A DNA stretch of 64,000 nt from Octopus sinensis (taxonomy: Eukaryota). Location: positions 115,816,001-115,880,000 of the forward strand of contig NC_043003.1 of assembly GCF_006345805.1 (NCBI RefSeq), read 5' to 3'. The stretch's first letter is position 1, and each line of letters opens with the position of its first letter. The notes under the pieces are model-generated. The model made no database searches. It saw only the letters and a program-made list of their open reading frames with translations, and was not told the DNA's origin. A program made the translations under genes and the position numbers. Shown in pieces: positions 53,926 to 64,000 of this stretch.

Positions 53926-55131
53926 AATCTATCTGTTTATCTATTTATCTGCTTCCAGTACATCTTCATATTACACACCCGATACTACATTCTATTAAAA
54001 ATACCTGTCCTCTCATCGTAATATTCGCCTGTATTTGTCGTGCGTTTTAAACCCTACCTAGATATTTTCTCTTTGTTTTTCATATCTATATGGTATTTGT
54101 GCGTCATATAATATTTATATTATAATAATATATATTATAATAATATATAATATTTATATCATTTATAATATTTATATTATCGTGTTATATATATATAAAT
54201 ACAGAACCATACATATTCACTCATACACATTCATACACCTGCCCATACCACCTGCTTTCTGCCCATGGCACTAGCGTGTTGCCCATGCCACCTGCATCTT
54301 GGCCGGGCACCTGCGTCTTGCCCATATCTTCCATATTTCGATCCATATATTTGTTGTTACTCTCACATTTAGAACAAATTTGGAGCACAGCTCAAAGATA
54401 TTGTGGAATTGTTGTCCTCATTATTTATTTCAGTCTGATATATTTTACATTTTGCGCGTGATTTCAACAAGATAGTGTCTGATATGGACGAGGTAGAAAT
54501 GGTCAGCAGAATTTTATTGTAAACCAAAATAGTGGCAGGCGCCAAGCTCAAATTGAAAATCATTGGTGGTCTTCCAGCCTCGCTGTTGAAGTCTTTTCCG
54601 GCAACGTACTGCTATTTTGTGCAAGTAGGAAACTGGAAGGTGACTTTAGGTGAGCGACTGGACTGCGTGGTGCAGTCCGATAAAAAAGACGATTGCGAAA
54701 AGCTCACAAATTTGGTCAACCATTTCAAACTCTGTGACAAGTATCAGCTGTATTAGTGGGGTCCGCCAGTCTAGATACGGACTAATGGCACCGAGTCATT
54801 TACGTCGTGTGCAGATTGTGTTTACTGTTGACCAGTAGACTAGGAGAGGGACGACCGCCAACAATTTAACCTCCTCGAATTCATAGACGGAGTTGTTTCC
54901 TGTCTGAAAAACGCACTAATAGATGAAATGTCAAATAAAAGTGGCAACCAAGAGCATTACATCATAACGAGAATGGAGTAAGGGTTGAAATAACATGGGA
55001 AATACAGATGAAAAGAAAGAAAGAGAAAAATATATTTATAAAATGTTACGAGCAACAAAGTCAACTGAAACGAATGAAATAAAAAGCCTAACAAGAGAAC
55101 CAATGTTCCTTCTCAGATTCTTGGTGTAGAC

Positions 55132-55400
55132 CAGGCTTGGTCAACACGAATTGCATTGCGGGCCACTTTAATCACAGAAAGTTTTTAAAGGCCGCTTGTA
55201 TACTTTATGCAGTAATAGTCCAATAATCAAATTACAGAATCAAGAATTTTTCATACTTTTCGTTTGTTTAGAATCACAAATTGCCAATTATAAATTTTTA
55301 ATTTATTTTGAAACAAGTGTTTTATACAAATAATTTTGTTTTGAAATTAAACACAATATTTCAAGAATGTATCAAGCGGACCTCATGTTGGCCAGCCCTG
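55132..55400. mobile_element. hAT (Charlie-like) MITE
   Basis: TIRs CAGGCTTGGTCAAC / GTTGGCCAGCCCTG; 8-bp TSD GTGTAGAC/GTGTAGCC; subterminal GCGGGCC. Confidence 0.82.
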
Positions 55401-55643
55401 GTGTAGCCGATGGGAGGATAAAGAAAAGATATTCAGCGACCTTCTACGAACAAATTGTCATCTAATGGAAAAAATCTTTTCAACTTTGGAAACAGTGGAC
55501 AAAAATCATGCATGGTTATTTCGGTGTTGTAATAAGGGCTTTAGTGTTGAAATACAGAAATTTAGGGTTAGAATACAGATATACGACAAGAATTCATTGG
55601 CGAAAAAACCCCCCAGAAAAATATGAAGTTATAATAAGGACGT

Positions 55644-55699
<56 letters not shown>

Positions 55700-55705
55700 T
55701 ATATA

Positions 55706-55753
<48 letters not shown>

Positions 55754-56997
55754 TGAAGACACTGTTGCTTTCTACACCAAAAGATTGAAAACATATTCCG
55801 CTGTACGAGAAAACAGCACGAATACTGCCTGGCGATAGGGATCTAGGATGCTGTAGATCCTACATCCTAGTTAGATCCTTCCACGCCCCACCCGAACATA
55901 TGTACACGACAACCAAAATATGTCCGTATCTTATTTCTTTCAAATTGCATCTAATTTTAGTGATGACTCTTTTATCGTACTTTATTTTATTTCCCCCATT
56001 TAATTATCTGCCGCTTATATAGTATTTTATTACTTCAATTAGAACAAACTATTTCGCACCAAACTACCCCTTCTTGTCATTTCAAGTTACCCTACCCAGC
56101 ACTCATGGTAACATATTTGCTTAGCATTTATTTGACTCCCTTATTTCTTTATTCACATTAAGCTCCCGTGGCTAATGAAGGAAAGAACATTGGTATATTT
56201 ATTGTTATTCAACTGCTTTTATTAATATCCCTTCTGTTTTGTTCTTATTGTTGTTTTTATTCCTATATTTTTGTAAGAATAGTAGCAGCAGCAGCATCGG
56301 CAGGGGTGGTAGTGGTAGTAGTAGTAGTTGTTGTTGTTGTTGTTGTTGTTGTAGCAGCAGCAACAGCAGCAATAGCCACTTCAGTGAGCACAGCAACAGC
56401 ATGAAGAGAGTAAAAATTAGGTGGGTTAGAATTTCATTCGAAGGAGATGAGTGATTTATTTAACTGTTATTCTTTTCTTCTCTTAGATTTTTGTTGTTGT
56501 TGTTCTTTAATTGTGTTGGTCAGGACTTCGATGGCGCAGAGTTTTAAGGGATTTGCGATTTTAGTCCACAGTAAATCTTGTTTACTGGTGTTTAGAAATT
56601 TCGTTGGTGTTACGAGATAGAGAGAAGAGAGCCGAATAGTTTCATGCAAGAGATGACTGACATCCGGTTGTTTTACATTCCAGTGTTATCAAGCTGGAGG
56701 ACAGACGGCTGATGGTGGCAGAAAGGATGTGAGGTGTTCGTATACGAGTGCGCGTGTATATATGTAAATAGGCATTTCTGTTCTATAACTGTGTGAAATC
56801 GACATTACTGCATGGACACTGAGTTGATCAACACTGTTCTTGGCGCCAGGCTGGTTAATAGTGTTTATCAAACAAGACTTTGCAGATACTTATTCTGCAG
56901 AATTACTGTGTCTCTGTTTCAAAATTGAGACCTTCACCAAACAATGAATGCAGCTGCTTGGCAGCAGGTAATATCTCCCCGGTCAATACCATACGTA

Positions 56998-57065
<68 letters not shown>

Positions 57066-57195
57066 TGGTATCAACAGCAATAACTTTTAATCCACCATTA
57101 TAACACCGTAACAAGGATGGTTAATCATAGTGATGATAACGAGTATATTTGTATTGGTCATTATGATTATCATCAACAATATATATATATATATA

Positions 57196-57244
<49 letters not shown>

Positions 57245-57255
57245 ATATTATATAT

Positions 57256-57421
57256 ATCGCTAGCCACTACACATTCTTTATTTTCGCTCCTTGTTCCTTT
57301 CTGTGGAAGAGCGTAGGTTCGAAACGTTAAAGACGTTTTCACTTCCCGAGCGTTATACTAATACATCTGTTTGTAGTCTACACCACCTGTCTCCGTCCTT
57401 TGGATTTTTTGTGTATCCCCC

Positions 57422-57424
<3 letters not shown>
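57256..57424 (+). mobile_element. Family F (TA)n-inserted repeat
   Basis: Matches 3161-3360; TGGAAGAGCGTAGGTTCGAAACGTTAAAGA. Confidence 0.75.
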
Positions 57425-57470
<46 letters not shown>

Positions 57471-58317
57471 ATTATATATATATATAAATGGGAAATATGA
57501 AGCTAGACGGAATAAGGAGAGGAATTAATGAAAAAATGAATATTCAAAATTATCGTCTGTCAATGGAAAACACAGAGTTCAAGACACGTACGCACACGCA
57601 CACATTCACATACGCACACATAGAATATAGTGTGCAACCTAAACACATAAAGGAACATGAAAAATTAATTTTATACCTAAGTTAAATTGACATTTCAAAC
57701 AAAATTACATGGGGAAAATAAGGTAATAGATATAATTGCCTTCGCGTAATTACTATTTATTTTGTTCGCAATGTTATGAATTAGATTCTAAACAAATATA
57801 CAAACGTCAAAATAAAATTCAACCGAGGTCGCCTTTGCCTTTCATCCTTTCGGGTTCGATAAATAAAGTACCAATTAAACGTGGCGTCAATTTAAATGAC
57901 AAGCTCCCCCTTCAACGATTTCATGATCCGTGCCTAAAGTAGAAAGGATGATGATGGTGATGATGGTCATCATTATCAACACCATCATCATCATTATCAT
58001 AATTATTTTCGTTGTTACAACAAATGAATATTTCTTCCAATTATAAAGGCATCTTAGAAACAATGAACGAATTAATAAACTTGCTGACAAATGCAGATAC
58101 TCAACCCTAGGAATGATGGACTTTGAGAAGCAACAGTAAATTACTCCCTGTTTTACTTGGTATGAGATGCTAGAGTTACTTCAATAGATTAGAACTTACA
58201 GCAAAAATTTTACTGCGGGGACACAAGGCATTTAAACATGTGCTTGTTAGTGCCGTGAAAGCACGCAATGATCAAGAATATTCTATGATAAAATTAATAA
58301 TAGTAATAATAATAATG

Positions 58318-58370
<53 letters not shown>

Positions 58371-58374
58371 AATG

Positions 58375-58427
<53 letters not shown>

Positions 58428-59176
58428 ATAATAATAATAATATAATAATAATAAAAATAATAATATATAATAATAATAATGATAATAATAATAATAATAA
58501 TAATTCGGTGCACCGGCTGCCCGCTAAGAGCAACGATTCTTACTTTTCAATACATAACAACAAAACTACTTCTACTAATAATAAAAATCCTGCTGTTGGT
58601 AAAATCAAAATTCTGACATATTATTTATTATTTGTTTATAACTGGAAATAAAACGCAGAAGAAGTACAACAAAATAATCCTTGATCAATTGAAGTCGAGC
58701 CAAAAATCCCTCTCAGACATTCAAACAAGCAGACAAAAGAAAAATACCATAAAAGCAGATAGAGCAAAAACTAAGAAGAATAAAAGAACAAAAAAGCGAA
58801 GGATAAGGCAATAATATGAAAACTTAATTAAATTAGCCTCCCTTGGTTTGGCAAAAGAAATAAAAACCTTAACAATTGAACTCAACCCGAAGCAGTACAA
58901 ATTTGACAAACAGCTCAATGATTTGTTTGCAGGGTACGACCTGGGTTTGACATCAACAGATTTAAAGGTTTGAGATGTATAAATTTGAAAGAATATTAAT
59001 ATAAATAGAGCGGAGAGCGTGAGAGAAGCAAATCAAAACAGATATACTGATCACAAGCTCATACACATACGTGCACAGAAGCATATATGGACGCACGATC
59101 ATTGACACACTCATCAATCATGGCTTAATACGCACACAGCTACACAGGAGTATAAACATATTTGAAATAGTATTAC

Positions 59177-59229
59177 TAATAAAGTTAGAGTAATCTGAGT
59201 TTAGTTTAAAAGAAATATATTTATCAGAG

Positions 59230-59276
<47 letters not shown>

Positions 59277-59337
59277 TATATATACCCCGATAAATATATT
59301 TCTTTTAAACTAAACTCAGATTACTCTAACTTTATTA
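59177..59337. repeat. About 57-bp inverted repeat with a (TA)n spacer
   Basis: TAATAAAGTTAGAGTAATCTGAGTTTAGTTTAAAAGAAATATATTTATC and its exact reverse complement. Confidence 0.92.
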
Positions 59338-59339
59338 CT

Positions 59340-59590
59340 CACTGGGGTCGAGGTAATCGACTTAATCCCTTTGTCTGTCCTTGTTTGTCCTCTCTGTGTT
59401 TAGCCCCTTGTGGGTAGTAAAGAAATAGTTATTTCCTCTGCCGCTATGTTCTGAGTTCAAATTCCGCCGAGGTCGACTTTGCCTTTCATCCTTTCGGGGT
59501 CGATTAAATAAGTACCAGTTACGCACTGGTGTCGATGTAATCGACTTAATCCCTTCCCTCAAATTTCAGGCCTTGTGCCTACAGTAGAAA
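59340..59590 (+). mobile_element. SINE family E, truncated tandem body
   Basis: Deu/Nin-type domain at 59470-59520. Confidence 0.85.
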
Positions 59591-60049
59591 AAACATCGGG
59601 CAAAATACTCAGCGACATTTTATGAGCTCTTATGTTCTATGTTCAAATATTCGGAGTTTGACTTTGGCTTTAATGCTTTTGAATTAGACAAAATGATTAC
59701 CATCATTAGGTTCCATGCAATTGTGTATTCCTCTACCCCTAAATTTCTCCAATTTCTGCCTATAGGGGAAAGGATTACTGTGCGTTACTAAAATAAGCAA
59801 CAGATTTGCAGTATTCTATGATCTTTGCAGATAGTTACTGAAAAGATATCCAAAGCTGGAAAGAGGGAACTCTAGAAGAGTAACTTCGAAAATGGATTAA
59901 CTCGTCATTATAATATTGGTAAATATATTTATTCTCTTTATTAGTTCCGAATACGTTTGGGATTTAACCGCAATAATATTGAAGATTTGTCTCAGTAATT
60001 AGAGACAGGAAAAACAAGATGAAGACCGTCAGCGCTATCACTTATTCAC

Positions 60050-61150
60050 AGAATGTTATACGAAAAAATGCGAAATTCAAAATGTCAGACTTGCATTTGT
60101 TTTGGTCTTTTATACGGACCTTAACTTGATGGCGGAGAAGAGTATTTTTGTCGGAACACCTGTATAAATGGATACGATAGCTGACTCACAACCATTTTGG
60201 TAGTGCTTCTGGGATAACGGGTACCAGAAACAATGACAAAAGTAAAATTGTGTCACGTTTGACAAAAAATAGTGGAACCTCATGTAATTTTAATCAATAA
60301 AGGGGAGAAAATATAAGGTCCAGTGACATTCACATCAGTGATTCTGTTTCTTATATCTCTCCCGTTCTTGGTCCTAAAGTGTAATATCTCCGCAGAGCTT
60401 GGTTCTAAAGAGCAATCTTTGCAGAGTTAAAAGCTATATCATACTGCACAGCAGTCTTTTACAAGAAGTTGAGTCACCTATGATAAAACGTTTCCAGATT
60501 TTAATGTAGATAAGAACATGTGTATAATCAAAGAAGCATCATATGTAGATAAACAGTGAGGTATCTGAGCAATATAGTTATAATCCTTATCCTGTAATAT
60601 GAGTCTCTTACCACACTGCGTCCGAACGTCGGATGTGGTCAGCGTTCACAAAGGATGTGGTGAACTCGTTGGTTGGAGCTGATTCAAAACCACTCCAGTG
60701 AATGTCACTGAAATTACAGGTACAAGGAGTAAGATGTAACGATTCTCACAACGTCCCAAACTTTACAGTTCTTCTTGTCAACCAGAATCATTGTCTAAAT
60801 GATTTTAAATACGTTATTCCATAGGTCACTGTTAGCCGTCTTTAGAGTCCGCAAATTCTTTGGCCAGAATCAGATCCATCAACTCAGTAAAAGTTTACTC
60901 ATGCATATTAGCTTCAAAAATACACCACCAGCGCTATAACTGATCCAGTATCATCTTGGTAGGAAACGCTCTCCACATCTTATATCCATGCGTCACAAAA
61001 CCTCATTCCATTCTGTACACAAATTGTCTAGTTTTAAGTGAGTAGAATGTGATCTTGGAGATAATTCAACAGATAGAGGTTCTTTCGTTTTTAAGGATTC
61101 CTCACCATTACGTGAATAATCGATGAATGCTTGTTGCCATATAGATTTTT
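60050..61150 (-). pseudogene. Possible very decayed Helitron helicase remnant, interrupted by a LINE-like 3' fragment at about 60610-60730
   Basis: Weak ordered echoes on the minus strand of F..WLL.IG.G, ILAP.N, L.LK.G, GLCNG and HGQLYVA motifs; by eye only. Confidence 0.3.
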
Positions 61151-61164
61151 TAATTTCTTTTACA

Positions 61165-61381
61165 TCTTTTACTTGTTTCAGTTATTTGACTGTGGCCATG
61201 CTGGAGCACCGCCTTTAGTCGAGAAAATCGACCCCAGGACTTATTCTTTGTAAGAATAATACTTATGCTATCAGTCTCTTTTGCCGAAACGCTAAGTTAC
61301 AGGGACGTGAACACACCAGCATCAGTTGTCAAGGGATGTTGGAGGGACAAGCACAGATACACAAACATATTCACACACACA

Positions 61382-61464
<83 letters not shown>

Positions 61465-61465
61465 T

Positions 61466-61507
<42 letters not shown>

Positions 61508-61672
61508 TAAGACGGGCTTCTTTCAGTTCCGTCTACCAAATCTACTCACAAGGCTTTGGTCGGCCCGAGGCTATAGTAGAAGACACTTGCCCAAGGTGCC
61601 ACGCAGAAGGACCGAAGCCGGAACCATGTGGTTGGTAAGCAAGCTACTTACCACACAGCCACTCCTGCGCCT
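61165..61672 (-). mobile_element. SINE family A
   Basis: Reverse-complement match to 6988-7502. Confidence 0.92.
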
Positions 61673-62178
61673 ATGTTTATGATACTTAGCATTGTGTGAA
61701 AGAGCCTTGACTATATGTTTCAATATGTTCATTTTGTTCAGATGCTTGGATATATTTAACGAAACATAATGCCATTTTCTAGCAAATCCAGTCACCAGGG
61801 AATGCCTTCTTCTTCAGGGGCGCTTTAATTGATGCTATTTGTGATAGTGAATGTACATTTTATGCGATATTTAATATCTCCTGTTAAATAATAATATGGT
61901 AGCAAATTGTTAGTTTGACATTTGGTAATTGTTTTGTAAACGTTGAGTTAATAACACGGAATGGCAACAACTATAAAACATGACATAACGCAGTTATAGT
62001 CACCAGCTGCTGAATATCTTCGTTTGCCATGTGATGTAGGAAGCTTGATATGGTTTTAGGTTCTGCATTAATGTAGCAGCCAACTTTAACACGTGTAAGG
62101 TAAGTTTTAGTGCTGTCGAATGATATTTCACAAATTGTTTTTGATTTAGACTATATACACGACATAGTAGTAGTAGTA

Positions 62179-62246
<68 letters not shown>

Positions 62247-62247
<1 letters not shown>

Positions 62248-62355
62248 CATGTGCCTAGTGTACCCCTGTCAGACGGGTAGTCATGATGGGTATACTGGGC
62301 TTCGTATATTTTACCCCAGTGTCACTTTGATGGCATGCACTGCTCTCTCTCACTC

Positions 62356-62356
<1 letters not shown>
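62247..62356 (+). mobile_element. 3' fragment of the (AAT)n-targeted element at 8064-8620
   Basis: Reverse complement of 8064-8173, embedded in (AAT)n. Confidence 0.8.
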
Positions 62357-62408
<52 letters not shown>

Positions 62409-62409
62409 G

Positions 62410-62803
62410 GGTTTCAATGCCACAAGGACAGCAATTTGGGAGGAAGAGATAAGTCGATTATGTCGGTCCCCGTGCGAAAGTGGTACTTAATTAATAGACC
62501 ACGAAAGAATGAAAGACAGAGTTAACATCGGTTGAATTTGAACTCAGAACGGAGCGATGAGAGAAATACCTATTTCTTTACTACCCACAAGGGGCTAAAC
62601 ACAGAGAGGACAAACAAGGACAGACAAACGGATTAAGTCGATTACATCAACCCCAGTGCGTAACTGGTACTTAATTTGTCGATCCCGAAAGGATGAAAGG
62701 CAAAGTCGACCTCGGCGGAATTTGAACTCAGAACGTGGCGGCAGACGAAATACCGCAAAGCATTTCGCCCGGCGTGCTAACGACTCTGCCAGCTCGCCGC
62801 CTT
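62410..62803 (-). mobile_element. SINE family E with a diverged second body copy
   Basis: Head GGCGGCGAGCTGGCAGAGTCGTTAGCACGCC; Deu/Nin-type domain. Confidence 0.88.
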
Positions 62804-63238
62804 CAATAATAACAGGATGAATGTTATCATGTAGTTGTTGTTTAAGTTAAAAGAGAGCTACGTTAAAATCCGTCTGCTCCATATATCCCATCCTTTTATA
62901 TATTTCCAATTTAAATGTTTAAGGTTCTGATATACGCTTTGAGGTTACGTTGGATAGTATTTCCTGTAGATCGTGGGACCATGCCGAGATTTCCTAACTA
63001 GATCGTGTCACTATCAAATAGTGTTATTATTTCTGTTGTTGATATAGTGTACACATCAGCCATCAGAAGCCCTCCAGCCCAGATTATATTTATTGTAAGA
63101 CATATGCCATAATACTTGATCGATTTTTATTCACTATTCCTTTTTAAATGTTCCTTGTCTATTTGGTTTATCAAAAATATAATATAGAAACTATAATTCC
63201 CTTCAAAAGCCATTTAACTGTGCTTATGTATGACATAG

Positions 63239-63486
63239 TGAAGGCGCGTGGCTTAGTGCTTAGGGTGTCAGCATCATGATCGTAAGATTGTGGTTTCGAT
63301 TCCTGGGACGGGGCGACGCGTTGTGTTCTTGAGCAAAACACTTTATTTCACGTTGCTACAGTCCACTCAGCTAGCAAAAATGAGTAACGCTGAGATTTAC
63401 TGGCGTCCCGTCCAGCGGGGGAACACATACGCCATTGAAACCGGAAAACCGGGCCCATGAGTCTAGCTAGGCTTTAAAAGGGCGCA
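63239..63486 (+). mobile_element. tRNA-derived SINE with a D-like core and a B-like tail
   Basis: TGGCTTAGTG A box, GGTTTCGATTCC B box; TTGAGCAAAACACTTTATTTCACGTTG core as in D; CTGGCGTCCCGTCCAG..GAAACCGG tail as in B. Confidence 0.82.
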
Positions 63487-64000
63487 AAGAGATGTATGAC
63501 GTAATGTCTGGACAGTTCAGTTTAATCTTATATATTAAGTTATTTCCAACATTGATTTTTGTGTATCATTATTTACCTGCCTTCCCTAAGATGTTCTTAA
63601 CTGTTCAATGTTTCGGTTCTTTGTTGTATTGTATAACTTTTATTTACACTTACAAACTCGTCTGTCTTAGTCTCTTCGGTATCCTTGATATCATTCTGAT
63701 ACTTATATCTTTCTACACAGAAACACATTGCAGCCTTATAAGATACGACATGGCGACAACACACATGGAAAGTCGTTAGGTAGTTTTTGTTGTTATCGTT
63801 GATGTTTAGCCCCCTTCATAACAGAATGAAATTATGGCAACAGTCATCTTCCATTATATTTTCGGAATATAATTTACATCATATATTGTATTTTTAATTG
63901 ATGCTTTTTTTTAAACGATTTTATTTGATGTCGGTTAAATGTGGCTGCTATTTCAAATAGACGGAGGGTCATGTAGGAGATATATAATTTTTTGTTGTGT

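Noticed and set aside
55838-55880. Small interleaved palindrome GGATCTAGGATG...CATCCTAGTTAGATCC
   Set aside because: Too short to interpret; likely a local repair scar.
58632-58814. Basic Lys/Arg-rich ORF, possibly a PLE N-terminus
   Set aside because: Explained by A-rich composition; no diagnostic motif follows.

Overview
AT-rich, microsatellite-saturated eukaryotic non-coding DNA. The tRNA-headed SINE repertoire and (TA)n/(TAGA)n/(ATT)n load suggest an octopus or other coleoid cephalopod (inference). I can support no intact host protein-coding gene; almost every ORF in the track is a microsatellite or SINE translation. Identifiable content: about 25 tRNA-derived SINE copies in five modular families; four R4/Dong-type non-LTR retrotransposon fragments in (ATT)n tracts; three non-autonomous Helitrons; mariner, hAT and Merlin-like TIR elements; a decayed Penelope-like RT remnant; and a 34-bp minisatellite derived from a SINE segment. 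The most notable signal is a recurrent class of 200-800 bp non-coding elements in or beside (TA)n tracts. Many fold back as long inverted repeats and carry type I hammerhead-ribozyme folds (CUGANGA...GAAAC-loop-NUH). One is built as a 491-bp monomer in partial tandem plus an inverted copy. These look like a diverse Penelope-pLTR or retrozyme-like system of several unrelated sequence families. All alignments and folds were done by eye and boundaries are approximate.
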